IMG/VR virus record: IMGVR_UViG_3300037493_003528
Coordinates: 1-64,000 of that record
Direction: 5' to 3' (one strand)
DNA length: 64,000 nt
Source of the DNA: a virus
Shown here: one piece after another, positions 52,485 to 62,631 of the stretch
Layout of the letters: each line of letters begins with the position of its first letter
Position numbering within the stretch: position 1 is the first letter of the stretch
Program-made: the position numbers and the translations under genes
The notes under the pieces: generated by a model
Database searches by the model: none
The model's input: only the letters and a program-made list of their open reading frames with translations
Told to the model about the DNA's origin: nothing

Positions 52485-53764
52485 AAGATGTTACAATTAT
52501 TATACCATCATATGTAGTTGATGACAAAACATATGGTTGGTTGGTGGAATCAGTTGCATCTGCACTAGATCAGATGGTTCATGTAATTGTCTATGATGAT
52601 GGTAGTCCTTATAAAGTTGTAAATAAACTCATTAAGGAATTTAGTAGATCAGACCTGTATGTGTTTGGATCAGATGAAAATCATGGTGTTTCATATGCTA
52701 GGAATAGGGCAACTGAGAAGGTTGAGACGACTCTGTTTATTCCTTTGGATTGTGATGATAAGTTTGGAGAGGATGCCATTGAGAAATTGCATTTGATATG
52801 GGATGGTGTACCAGTTTATTCAGATCTATCTAAATTTGGTAATGAGCATATAATTCATTTCAGGTTATTGGATTTTGATTGTAAAATGTTAAAGGAGAAA
52901 TTGGGCATCGCACCAGTTTCTGTTTTACATTCCATAGAACAGTGGAAAACGTTGGGTGGTTGGAATGAGGATATAAATTTGTATGAGGATGCTGAATATA
53001 ATGCAAGGTTGCTTGGGACATATTGTGGTAAGAATGTTCATGAGCCACTAATCATGTATAGGCAACATGATTTGCAGAGAACTAAGAAATATGATGCTAT
53101 CTCAAGAAACATCAGTAAAAATATTTTGGATATGGTTAGGAGGTATGATATGCCATGCTCATCGTGTGGTGGTGCTCGTCGGTCTCAGATGGTTAAGAAC
53201 AACTCATTTTCTTCAAGTATACCAAATGTTCTTCCTTTACAGAGTAGAATTGATAACATGCCTGGATCGCAGGGAGAACTTGTTTTGGCACATTACGTTG
53301 GTGGTGCAGGGAAAATGACACATTATTATCGTGGGGTTGTTACTAATTATCCCTATAAGGTTATGTACGATTCTCTTTTGTATGTAGATGTGAGAGATAC
53401 ATCAGAGCCAGATTCACTAAACAAGAAATCGTTTTTGTTACGAGTTAATAAGAGTGATACTTCAACAACTACCACTGCTCCAGTTGTTGAAGTATCTGCG
53501 ATAGTTCCTGCAGATGTGATTATTGATACAGCTACTGTTAAAAGAGTTTCTGTTGCATTTGTGGAGAAGGTTCCAATTGTAGATTTGGATAAGGTTGCTA
53601 TTAATGATGACATTGATTACTTGCCTGATATTGCAAATTTGTCTGTAAGAGCAATTCGTAATTTAGATATTGATGAAGAAGTAGCTAGGAAACTGTTGAA
53701 GATTGAGACGTTTGGTCTGAATAGGGAACGTGTTATTGAGTGGTTAAATAACAGGTTAAAATGA
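52481..53764 (+). CDS. GT2 glycosyltransferase fused to C-terminal putative head accessory domain
   Basis: TIIIPSY, YDDGS, GVSYARN, LDCDD, YEDAEY, YRQH; internal AGGAGGT-ATG at 53150. Confidence 0.8.
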   Translation: MKDVTIIIPSYVVDDKTYGWLVESVASALDQMVHVIVYDDGSPYKVVNKLIKEFSRSDLYVFGSDENHGVSYARNRATEKVETTLFIPLDCDDKFGEDAIEKLHLIWDGVPVYSDLSKFGNEHIIHFRLLDFDCKMLKEKLGIAPVSVLHSIEQWKTLGGWNEDINLYEDAEYNARLLGTYCGKNVHEPLIMYRQHDLQRTKKYDAISRNISKNILDMVRRYDMPCSSCGGARRSQMVKNNSFSSSIPNVLPLQSRIDNMPGSQGELVLAHYVGGAGKMTHYYRGVVTNYPYKVMYDSLLYVDVRDTSEPDSLNKKSFLLRVNKSDTSTTTTAPVVEVSAIVPADVIIDTATVKRVSVAFVEKVPIVDLDKVAINDDIDYLPDIANLSVRAIRNLDIDEEVARKLLKIETFGLNRERVIEWLNNRLK

Positions 53765-54096
53765 TAAATTACATATACATTGCGTTGGGTGTGTTTGGTT
53801 TTACATATCTTTTACGATATCTGGATGGTCCATTTGACATTCTAAGAAATTTTAGGAAATTATTTGGATTAACATACATTGAGGTTTTGGATAGTCCAGG
53901 TGAGGAAATTGAAGAATATCCAGATAAACCATTGGGTAGGTTCATCAGTTGTTTTTGGTGTCTTACAACGTGGGTATCTATCATATTTTGTGTTACGTTT
54001 TCTATTATCAATAATAATGCAATATTTGACACGTTTGTAGGTATATTTATATGTGTGGGAGTTTCTGGATTTATTCACGATATGATAAGAAGGTAA
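53761..54096 (+). CDS. DUF1360-like membrane protein
   Basis: DGPFD...R, CFWCLTTW, TM segments. Confidence 0.6.
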   Translation: MINYIYIALGVFGFTYLLRYLDGPFDILRNFRKLFGLTYIEVLDSPGEEIEEYPDKPLGRFISCFWCLTTWVSIIFCVTFSIINNNAIFDTFVGIFICVGVSGFIHDMIRR

Positions 54097-54100
54097 CTAT

Positions 54101-55156
54101 ATGGCTAGAATATCATACAATACATTAGCGGATGATTACCAGGAGGGGATAACTCTTGATAGGTATCAAGAGTTGATGGGATTACCACTAAATGCATTTA
54201 ATGGTTTAAACAATCCTGACGAGATAAATGATTATGTTTGTAGTACGATATGGACTCAGGGTCATCGAGATTATTTAGCAAAATATTTGGCAGCATCAGA
54301 GGAGATGCGTGAACAGGAATTGGGATTTTTCATTGCTCCAAAATATATTTCAAATGAGAGACACGTACCAAAATCATCTACAATACTTAATCGTAAATGG
54401 TTTGTGAAAATTGGTAAGAAAACTGACACGTTAATATCATCTGGTGTATCATTAGTTTTGTCAACAATATATGGTGTTTATGATCCTGTTGTTATAATTG
54501 TTCCAACAACCGTTACAGATGCAAGTGAAATCTTAGTTACTTATCCAGGTGAGAAGATTGCAATACATCCAACATATGTTTCAATTTCGGGTGGGAATGT
54601 AGAGATTCGTATTCCCAGAGGTAGACTGGTGGATCCTACTCTGAATGATGATCGTGAGGATCACCTGGATTATTTTGATGACGCAAATTTTATAACATCT
54701 GTAGACGTTTATCGTCGTTGGTATGATCCAACCTATGGTATAGAAATAGTTTCTCACATAGAAAATACTTTTACGGAAAGCATTAAGGCTGGTTTTGCAC
54801 TGGTGTTGGATAACAGAACTGCAGTTGTGGAGGTGCATCAGGCAACGTGGGTTGCTGGAGTACCTTCTCCTGATTGTGCTGCATCATGCACTGATTTCAA
54901 GTTCATGAGGATTAATTATTTGTCAGGTAGGCAGAGTTCTATAAAAGTGGAACTTGAGACGGCTCGTCTAGCTCATACACTTATGCCATATTCACCTTGT
55001 GCTTGTGAGCCTGTTCAGTTATATTGGTTGGATGATTGCAATTCTAAGGATTATGATTTAACACCTTATGGAAATAAATCTGGTGCTATAAATGCGTGGA
55101 TAGCGGATTCCAGATCTAAGATAGGATTTGGTACTGCTATTGGAGGAATCAAATGA
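54101..55156 (+). CDS. head-tail adaptor/neck-like structural protein
   Basis: Position after capsid; beta-rich. Confidence 0.5.
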   Translation: MARISYNTLADDYQEGITLDRYQELMGLPLNAFNGLNNPDEINDYVCSTIWTQGHRDYLAKYLAASEEMREQELGFFIAPKYISNERHVPKSSTILNRKWFVKIGKKTDTLISSGVSLVLSTIYGVYDPVVIIVPTTVTDASEILVTYPGEKIAIHPTYVSISGGNVEIRIPRGRLVDPTLNDDREDHLDYFDDANFITSVDVYRRWYDPTYGIEIVSHIENTFTESIKAGFALVLDNRTAVVEVHQATWVAGVPSPDCAASCTDFKFMRINYLSGRQSSIKVELETARLAHTLMPYSPCACEPVQLYWLDDCNSKDYDLTPYGNKSGAINAWIADSRSKIGFGTAIGGIK

Positions 55157-55809
55157 AGTTTATCATAAGAACAAAATCGTTTCCTGATCATAAGGGTATT
55201 CCTGGTCATCAAGGTGGCTCTCTTTCAAGAAATGGCAGTGATGGGAAGGATGAAGATCCTGTAAAGATGTATGAGCAGGGTGCTAAAGTTGGAGATATTG
55301 TAGATCATTTTAGTAAATCGCCACATGCCGAAAATCTTGCAAGGCAGGTTGCCGAAGGAAAGCAAAGGTTCAATGATGATAAAGCGAAGCGTAATCAAGA
55401 GCTAGTTGCAGAGCAACAGGCAAGACGATCGCAAGAATTAAAGATTACAGGAAGTGAGATTTCAGCATATGATAGGATGGTTGCAGATGAAAAGAAGTGG
55501 CGGGAAGATAATCCAGCTCTAGACACAACTAAACTTCCTGAGTATGCAGCATGGAAGAAATTCCAGGATTCAGTCGGTAAATATTATTCATATAACATAT
55601 ATGTGTCTCCAAATTCTAAGACAGTTGAGATTTCATTCAAGAGTAAGAGTATAAGTATCACTAAACAGCGTGCGCAGATTCAGAATATGATAACTAGCAA
55701 CAATCTTCCTGGAAGTGAATTTTATGGTTCTGGTTACGAGGTAGAGCATGATCCAGATGCTATAGAAGGTACTCCAGCATATACTCATACATTCAGGTAT
55801 GGATATTGA
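55153..55809 (+). CDS. leader-tagged protein, unknown cargo, inside head-tail module
   Basis: MKFIIRTKSFPDHKGIPGHQGGSLSR. Confidence 0.75.
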   Translation: MKFIIRTKSFPDHKGIPGHQGGSLSRNGSDGKDEDPVKMYEQGAKVGDIVDHFSKSPHAENLARQVAEGKQRFNDDKAKRNQELVAEQQARRSQELKITGSEISAYDRMVADEKKWREDNPALDTTKLPEYAAWKKFQDSVGKYYSYNIYVSPNSKTVEISFKSKSISITKQRAQIQNMITSNNLPGSEFYGSGYEVEHDPDAIEGTPAYTHTFRYGY

Positions 55810-55817
55810 GGTAAAAT

Positions 55818-56393
55818 TTGGCAAAACTATTCTCTGTAAATGTTATACGTAGACCAAAAGCAGCAAGACGGGTTGCAGAAGAGGTTAGGAATGAGGTGCG
55901 TACAGCTTATAAGAATTTAGCAGAGGATTGTATAAACAAATTGGATTTCAATGTTCTTGGTTGGGAAAAAGCACCAAAATTTGCTAGTAAGATATCAGTT
56001 ACGGAAAAGGAATGGCAACTGAGTATTGGTTATGATCCTAAGACAGATGGAGGAATGCACTATTTGTGGGCAGACAAAGGAACTGGAGAGCGTGGTGGTG
56101 GGGATCCTTATGAGATTGTTCCAAAGAATAAGAAGGGTCATCTTGTGTTTACGTATCCTCCACACATCCCCAAAACTTTTCCAATTCCAGCTGTTCCTGG
56201 TATAATTGTGCATGGTCTTCCCAGGATTAATATTCGTAAGAAGGTAACAGCTCCTGGTATCTATCCTAGGAACTTCTCGAAGAATCTTACCGACTTTCTG
56301 AAGAAAAGGGAGCAGGTAGGTGGTTTGCGCAGTGTTACGGAAGCAGCAATAAAAAGAGCGTTTAGGACGTTGGGAATATATGATAGAAAATAA
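55818..56393 (+). CDS. neck/tail-completion (HK97 gp10-like) protein
   Basis: Basic; WADKGTG...YEIVPK...KVTAPGIYPRNF. Confidence 0.55.
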   Translation: MAKLFSVNVIRRPKAARRVAEEVRNEVRTAYKNLAEDCINKLDFNVLGWEKAPKFASKISVTEKEWQLSIGYDPKTDGGMHYLWADKGTGERGGGDPYEIVPKNKKGHLVFTYPPHIPKTFPIPAVPGIIVHGLPRINIRKKVTAPGIYPRNFSKNLTDFLKKREQVGGLRSVTEAAIKRAFRTLGIYDRK

Positions 56394-56415
56394 TAATAAT
56401 AAAAAGAGGTGAGAA

Positions 56416-57066
56416 ATGAAAATAATTTTAAGAACAAAATCGTTCCCAGATCCTGGCCATGAGGGAAGACCAGGAAAGCGTGGTGGCTCTCTTCCGAGAA
56501 AGGGTGGTGGGGAGAAGAAGGCTGATGAGAAGATTAATGAGGAAGTTGATTTATCAAAGCCACATTGGAGAGACATAAATGGTGTGACGCATCAAGGTGA
56601 GGAAGAAGATCCTGAGCCATCATATTATTATGGGAAGAGACAGGAGAGAAAGTTTGGAACAGGTCTCAGTTCTAATAATCCAACTTTACTTCAGGATGAA
56701 GGAACTAATGATACAATGTTTAGTACTAGAAGAAGCGATTTGAAGGTAGCTGCAGAAACTGGTGAGAAGATTAATAATATAGGATCGTATAAGAATGTTT
56801 TTCGTGCGCTGGAAGCGTTGGCAGGTGATAATGGTGGTGCTGTTAATACAGAGTATGAGATTCCAAATGGGAAGGTAAAAGCATTTGCCATCGCTGACAA
56901 AGTCCTTAGTAAATTGGATAGAGATGATTTTATGCAGGTTGTTGCAGGTGATTATGACAAGACACAGAAAATATTGAATGGATTTGGACGTGATGGTAGG
57001 ACAACTGATAAATTACTTGAGGCACTATTTCAAGGTAATTTGAGTGATTCTATAAATTATGATTAG
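56416..57066 (+). CDS. leader-tagged protein, unknown cargo
   Basis: MKIILRTKSFPDPGHEGRPGKRGGSLPR; RBS GAGGTG. Confidence 0.75.
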   Translation: MKIILRTKSFPDPGHEGRPGKRGGSLPRKGGGEKKADEKINEEVDLSKPHWRDINGVTHQGEEEDPEPSYYYGKRQERKFGTGLSSNNPTLLQDEGTNDTMFSTRRSDLKVAAETGEKINNIGSYKNVFRALEALAGDNGGAVNTEYEIPNGKVKAFAIADKVLSKLDRDDFMQVVAGDYDKTQKILNGFGRDGRTTDKLLEALFQGNLSDSINYD

Positions 57067-57072
57067 GTAATT

Positions 57073-57444
57073 ATGACAAAACAATCAGAATTTACAATGG
57101 TTAGGTACGTACAAAAGTTTGGTAATGTGGCTGTTGTTAATGTTGATGATGATCTCAAACTCATCCAAAGTGTGTACGTAACCGTTGCAATTGGTGAAGA
57201 ATTTAGCATACCAACTGAGATTTTATTCAGAGGAGTTGATTATGGAATAGACTGGACAGTGATTTATCCTACTGGTTTGCATATAGAGCCTGATAATATT
57301 CAAAAATCTTTTTATGCACACGGTATATTTACAATAGAGGATATTACCAAAGATCCAAACAGAGTTATTGCAGCAATAAATTCTATATTAAAATTGACTG
57401 CCATAAAAATAATTAGTGATACTAAAGAAATGTTAGGAGGATAA
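57073..57444 (+). CDS. hypothetical structural-module protein
   Basis: 123-aa ORF before the major tail gene. Confidence 0.5.
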   Translation: MTKQSEFTMVRYVQKFGNVAVVNVDDDLKLIQSVYVTVAIGEEFSIPTEILFRGVDYGIDWTVIYPTGLHIEPDNIQKSFYAHGIFTIEDITKDPNRVIAAINSILKLTAIKIISDTKEMLGG

Positions 57445-57445
57445 C

Positions 57446-58930
57446 ATGAAGAATTATTTTCATAAGGATGGTCGGGTGTGGATGCAGCGTAAGAAATTCG
57501 AACCTTACATGCTCCTGCTTCCATACGGCATGACTAACATCACAGATCCTGTTGGTAACTTGAATGCTGTACGAGAGCCTAGTTCCAGTAAACGTGGTGC
57601 AAGCGTAATTACCGATGTAGTTCGTGGTGAGCCTGGATTACCGCAGTTTCAGTTGGAAACACGGTTGCAGAAGACACTGAATTACCTGTTTGGATTGAAA
57701 GATTGCACTGTGCAGATGCAGGCTCATCTTGGTCGTTGTGACCGACCAGATAATTATTTTGCGTCATCTTTGGTAATGCACTGGGAACGTGCGCATCGTG
57801 GTGATTTGGGTATGGATCGTCTCTCTATCGTAGAGGGAGAAAATTCTCCAATTCAGACTCAGGTACCATTTGTTGCGGAAATTGGTCCTATGCTGTTTGA
57901 CATGGACACTGAGTTCTCTTCAGCCAGAACCATTTTTGAGAGTGAAGATATTACTAGTATGTATTTCTTGGGAAGTGAGTGTTTGGAAGATTGCAAATCC
58001 CAGGAAGATGCCGGAGAAAATGGTTATGTTTCTACAACTGCTAAGATTGGTTCTATTACCAATATAGCAAATGTTTGGTCTACAATAGATGCTGGAGAAA
58101 CTTGGGTTCAGACAACCACTAATCCATTTGCTGCTGCACTTGATATATCTGACGTTATTGCAATTGGTACTAAGACGAGTCATCGTGTAATTGTTTCCAA
58201 TGGCACGACCAGAGTAGCTAATCCTGCTCAGGTTGCATATGCGGATGTTAGTATAGTTGGTACAACAACGTGGGTATCAGCTGTAGTAGGTTCTAAAAAT
58301 GGTCAGTTCATTAAAAAACTGTTTTTCTTGGATTGGATGCACGTTTATGCTCTTACCGATGATGGTTACATCTATATGTCAGGTGATGGTGGTGCTTCCT
58401 GGTCTGCAGTTTATTCATCTGGCACTACTGATTTATTGGATATGGGTGGTACTGCCAATGGTGTTTTGTGGGCAGTTGGTGAAACAAGTGTTATCCTTAC
58501 CAGTGGTGATTATGGTGCTACGTGGGATGCAGTTACGGCGCCTGCAGCTTTAACGTACAGTACTGTGTGTGTAACACCTGATGGAACTGTATTGATTGGA
58601 TCATCTACAGGTTTAGTGTACGGTTCGTACGATGACGGTGCTAATTGGTCTACACTGTCGTTACAAGGCATAACTGCTACAGCTGTATCACGTATTAGAA
58701 GTTGGGGAGATTCTAATATTTGGGTGATTGCCGAAACAGCTGGTGGTGGTAAAGCGTTGCGCTCCATTGATGGTGGTGCAACAATCAGGTTGTGGAAGTT
58801 AAATATGCCTACTAATGTGGGATTAAATGCACTGTTCTTGGTAGATACCAATATGGTATTTGTTGGAGGTGATGCTGTTGCTGGTTCTGCATTTATTTCT
58901 AAAACAATATCTAATGTGGTTGGTTTATAA
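57446..58930 (+). CDS. probable major tail protein with BNR/Asp-box beta-propeller
   Basis: Strong RBS; repeats STIDAGETW, SGDGGASW, SGDYGATW, SYDDGANW, SIDGGATI; followed by hairpin, chaperone and TMP. Confidence 0.65.
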   Translation: MKNYFHKDGRVWMQRKKFEPYMLLLPYGMTNITDPVGNLNAVREPSSSKRGASVITDVVRGEPGLPQFQLETRLQKTLNYLFGLKDCTVQMQAHLGRCDRPDNYFASSLVMHWERAHRGDLGMDRLSIVEGENSPIQTQVPFVAEIGPMLFDMDTEFSSARTIFESEDITSMYFLGSECLEDCKSQEDAGENGYVSTTAKIGSITNIANVWSTIDAGETWVQTTTNPFAAALDISDVIAIGTKTSHRVIVSNGTTRVANPAQVAYADVSIVGTTTWVSAVVGSKNGQFIKKLFFLDWMHVYALTDDGYIYMSGDGGASWSAVYSSGTTDLLDMGGTANGVLWAVGETSVILTSGDYGATWDAVTAPAALTYSTVCVTPDGTVLIGSSTGLVYGSYDDGANWSTLSLQGITATAVSRIRSWGDSNIWVIAETAGGGKALRSIDGGATIRLWKLNMPTNVGLNALFLVDTNMVFVGGDAVAGSAFISKTISNVVGL

Positions 58931-58954
58931 AGTCATTCTCATTATCTCCTTGAA

Positions 58955-58990
58955 AGAGCAGTAGGATTTACTCCTTTTTCCTACTGCTCT
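58955..58990 (+). terminator. 12-bp hairpin after major tail gene
   Basis: AGAGCAGTAGGA / TCCTACTGCTCT; second hairpin GTCTCCC-TCAT-GGGAGAC at 59006-59023. Confidence 0.65.
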
Positions 58991-59036
58991 AAGGATATTC
59001 TAGTAGTCTCCCTCATGGGAGACGTGGATTGAAACT

Positions 59037-59573
59037 ATGGATAACTTGAAATTGACATCTGGCTTTGTTATATCAATAAAACAATTATCGCCGTACTATT
59101 TGGATTTTATAACTGAAGCGTTCCCTATGCCAGATTTCCCAGTGCGTAAGATTAAGTTGTTTTCTGGGGATATTATTGATTACGATTATGTTTTATCAGA
59201 TACAATTCCTTCTGAGCCTGGAGAGGAGTTGGATTTATATCTGAAATATAAGAGAGTAGAGGTAGAATGTGCAAAAGTTGAAGTTGCTCGTCAGAGAGCT
59301 AAAAGAGATTATTTGCTTGCTACATGCGTATTCATTGAAGATGGACCAATAAAGTTTGAGGATAAAGAGTGGGAATATAGGATGGAAGCAGCATTTCCAA
59401 ACTATAAGATTCCCACACATCCTGGTAGGAGAGCGTTGGCATTCCTGAAGGGAATTGCTATAACATCTAAGGAAGAGATGGAAATGATTATTAGTAGGTG
59501 TCTATATCAGGAGGTAGACATGCAGAGCATAATCACTGCTCTGCAGGGTTTTCGGTCTGAAATGGCACGATGA
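59037..59573 (+). CDS. tail assembly chaperone (gpG-like)
   Basis: Between major tail and TMP genes. Confidence 0.7.
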   Translation: MDNLKLTSGFVISIKQLSPYYLDFITEAFPMPDFPVRKIKLFSGDIIDYDYVLSDTIPSEPGEELDLYLKYKRVEVECAKVEVARQRAKRDYLLATCVFIEDGPIKFEDKEWEYRMEAAFPNYKIPTHPGRRALAFLKGIAITSKEEMEMIISRCLYQEVDMQSIITALQGFRSEMAR

Positions 59574-59802
59574 ACCATTAGTAGATGTAATTGCGGACAG
59601 AGATAATAATGATGGTAAGGTTGGTTATAGTGTTAGATTGTTGGAAATGGAAACTGCAATGGCTTATTCAATTACTTATGATGACACTTGGTACACAATA
59701 TCAGTATTAGCTAGAGCTAATATGATAGCTGGTAGATTGGGTAGGCAGTGGTTGGAATCGTTGCAACAGGAAGAGATTAATGAAACTATTGGAGTTAAGT
59801 AA
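59551..59802 (+). CDS. frameshift-accessed chaperone extension (gpT-like), +1 frame
   Basis: Frame open 59533-59802 (FGLKWHDEPL...IGVK*); stop overlaps the TMP ATG; no SD-associated start. Confidence 0.65.
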   Translation, partial: FGLKWHDEPLVDVIADRDNNDGKVGYSVRLLEMETAMAYSITYDDTWYTISVLARANMIAGRLGRQWLESLQQEEINETIGVK

Positions 59803-62186
59803 TGAATGATGATGATTCTGGTAGTAATGAGGTTGTATTTCAGGCAAGATTCAAGGATGAGACAGATTCATTCTTCCAGAAATTTGATGCAAGTATTGAT
59901 AAAATATCTACTAAAACAGAAGAAGGTTTTGGTAAAGTTACAGAGTCAATAGAATCTGTTGCACCAGCAGCAGGTGCTATGGCTGGAGTGGTGGCTGCAC
60001 TTACAACTAAGTTGGCTGAGTGGGCAGTTCAATTTACACAAAACATACTGGATTTTATTAGTGCATCTGAATTGATTGCAGAAAAGACAGCGTCTTTGGG
60101 TGTCAGTTTGTCTGTTGTCGGTGAGAATGCTGGTGTATCCAATGCAGCACTAAATGAATATGAAGTTACGTTGAAGAAGATAGGATATACGAGTTCTGAA
60201 TCCAGACAAGCTTTACTGAAAATGTTACAGGCTGAACTTGATTTGAGTGATTCAGCAAAATTAGCGAAGGTTGCTATGGATGCTGCTGCAGTAGGTGGTG
60301 TAGATCAGTATACAGCATTGGAACGGATTATTACGTCGATAACGTATCAATCTCCACGAATGCTAAAAACATTGGGATTGGTTGTCGATTTTCAGGATGA
60401 GCTTAAGAAAGCAGCACTGGTTGCAGATAGGGCACTTACAGAGACAGAAAAGCGTCAGGTGTCTCTTAATGCAGTAATGACAGCAGGTCTGAAATTAGAG
60501 GGTGCTAGTGATGCAGCACGAAATACTGCCACTGGACAAAAGATATTACAAGCTAATCAGATAAAAGATTTGCAGGAAACAATTGGTGGTATGTTTCAGG
60601 GCTCTACAGTTGAGATTCTTAAGACTGGAACAGAGGCATTGCAAGGGATTATTGAATATCTTGCTAGTAATAAGGAAAATATAGATTCAGTGAGAGGTTC
60701 TCTTGCTGGAATAGTTGCATCTGTTATTGATATTACAGTGGCTACCGTAGAACTTTCTGTACCAATAATTGAAGTTATAGATAATATTACAAGATTGGGA
60801 GGACTACTTCCAACCATATCAGACTTGTTTAGTGATTTATTTAAGGATAAAACAGCTTTTGAGGTGGTGGTTGACTCACTAACAACAATTAATCAATTGC
60901 TTATGATGTATGCATCACTAACTACAGCTATCGCTGGTCAGACTGATGATACGTGGGATAGACAAGCTGAAATATGGAAAACTCGTTTATATATGTTAAC
61001 AAAAAAACTTTCTGTGTCTGAAGGGAAAGATAGAATTGCAGACTTAGAAGATGAACAGACATTTGTGGATTTGTTTAATGGAAAACTGAAGGAATTGGTG
61101 GAAACAGCTAAAAGTGCAGAGGATGCATTAAAAGGTACTACTGATGCTACTGATAATCTTGCAGAAAATGCAGCACGAAAATTGGATTCTGCTCTTGTTA
61201 CTGCAAATGCACAATTGAAGAAGTTGAAGGAAGATCAGGATTTAGCAGCATCTGAAAGAGTTATAAAGGTTCAGAGATCTGCAATAGAGGAAGAATTACG
61301 TCTCCAGTGGGCAAGAGAAGATCATGAGCGGTCTCACAATGAGCGGATCCAACAGATCTTGGTTAGTGCTGAAGAAAGAAAAGCAGAACTCGTAAAAACT
61401 GCATCAGAAAATAAGTTGAATGCTGAGAAGGAATATAGTAGACGTTTACAGGATATATTAAATTCGTTCAACACAGAATCATCTGAGTTGATTAGGAAAC
61501 GTGATGCAGTTGGATTGTTACAATTATCTCGTAATTATGATAAGTCACTAGCTAACGAGAAGGTTGTGCAGGAACGTCGTCGTAAGGATACTGAGGAAGC
61601 ATATCAGAAGACTATTAAGAATATTGATGAGTCTGTTAAGAAGCAGTTGCAGAAGGCAGATGAGGCACAAGCTAAAGAGTTAGAAAATTACCAGCGTGGT
61701 CTTGATAGACAAAGACAATTGAAATTGTTGAATGATAAGTGGGCAGAGGAAGATAGGCAGAGAGCACTTGCTAGGACATTGGATACAATGGCAAAAGGAT
61801 TTGTTGCCATGGATGGCATGACTGCTGCAGGATTACGTAAAATATACGATCAGTGGGGTGCGTATTTTCAACATTTGGGTACTATGATAACAGGTTGGTC
61901 GCAGTGGATAGCTGCAGGTGTGACATTTAGTGGATTATCTAATCCTGCACTTAATCCCAAACTTCCAACGGTTACAAAAGGACAAGCTGGAATAGTATCA
62001 CAAATGTTGGTTCCCGAAGCACTAAAAATGGCTCCCAGCATTGGTCAGACTCCTTATACAACTCCATCATCTACTAATTACGAGAAACGTGATATAAAGA
62101 TAACTGTTGATGGAAATGCATTAAGTCCTTACATCCAGAGAGTTGTTGTAAATACCTTGATGGAGATAGAGAGGAATCGTGGTTAA
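59802..62186 (+). CDS. tape measure protein
   Basis: 794 aa, Ala-rich helical and long coiled coil, after the chaperone genes. Confidence 0.85.
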   Translation: MNDDDSGSNEVVFQARFKDETDSFFQKFDASIDKISTKTEEGFGKVTESIESVAPAAGAMAGVVAALTTKLAEWAVQFTQNILDFISASELIAEKTASLGVSLSVVGENAGVSNAALNEYEVTLKKIGYTSSESRQALLKMLQAELDLSDSAKLAKVAMDAAAVGGVDQYTALERIITSITYQSPRMLKTLGLVVDFQDELKKAALVADRALTETEKRQVSLNAVMTAGLKLEGASDAARNTATGQKILQANQIKDLQETIGGMFQGSTVEILKTGTEALQGIIEYLASNKENIDSVRGSLAGIVASVIDITVATVELSVPIIEVIDNITRLGGLLPTISDLFSDLFKDKTAFEVVVDSLTTINQLLMMYASLTTAIAGQTDDTWDRQAEIWKTRLYMLTKKLSVSEGKDRIADLEDEQTFVDLFNGKLKELVETAKSAEDALKGTTDATDNLAENAARKLDSALVTANAQLKKLKEDQDLAASERVIKVQRSAIEEELRLQWAREDHERSHNERIQQILVSAEERKAELVKTASENKLNAEKEYSRRLQDILNSFNTESSELIRKRDAVGLLQLSRNYDKSLANEKVVQERRRKDTEEAYQKTIKNIDESVKKQLQKADEAQAKELENYQRGLDRQRQLKLLNDKWAEEDRQRALARTLDTMAKGFVAMDGMTAAGLRKIYDQWGAYFQHLGTMITGWSQWIAAGVTFSGLSNPALNPKLPTVTKGQAGIVSQMLVPEALKMAPSIGQTPYTTPSSTNYEKRDIKITVDGNALSPYIQRVVVNTLMEIERNRG

Positions 62187-62631
62187 TAGTAATTATAATA
62201 AGGACACGTCATATAAAATTGGAGCATCGCTTACAGCAATGGTTGCTCTTAGAGATCTTAACATAGGTGTACCTGATCAGGTTACGTTTAAACCTGCTGG
62301 TCTGTCTTATGTAAGAGCAGACTATTCTAGGGTGTCAGATGGTGCTGCAATGGCGTCTTGGGTTTGGGATATTATATCTATTCACAAGTTAGCGTTGCTG
62401 TTGAATTTCTTGAATGGAACCACATTTGCAAGCGTTTATATACAAACCGATGTAAGGGATGGTACGTTTGCAATTCCTAAAAATGCATTTAAGGTTTTTT
62501 CTGCTATTATGTGGAAGCCATTACTATATGGTGAGGACGGTGTTCCAGTTGCCAGGAGTCCTTATGCTATGCAAACAGTTAATATTCAGTTTGTAAATTT
62601 GGTGGAGCAGATTGGATATCTTAGTTTATGA
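62179..62631 (+). CDS. distal tail-like protein
   Basis: Immediately after TMP. Confidence 0.55.
   Translation: MVNSNYNKDTSYKIGASLTAMVALRDLNIGVPDQVTFKPAGLSYVRADYSRVSDGAAMASWVWDIISIHKLALLLNFLNGTTFASVYIQTDVRDGTFAIPKNAFKVFSAIMWKPLLYGEDGVPVARSPYAMQTVNIQFVNLVEQIGYLSL

Noticed and set aside
59546-59552. Canonical -1 slippery site GGGTTTT
   Set aside because: The -1 frame hits TGA two codons later; the extension is in the +1 frame.
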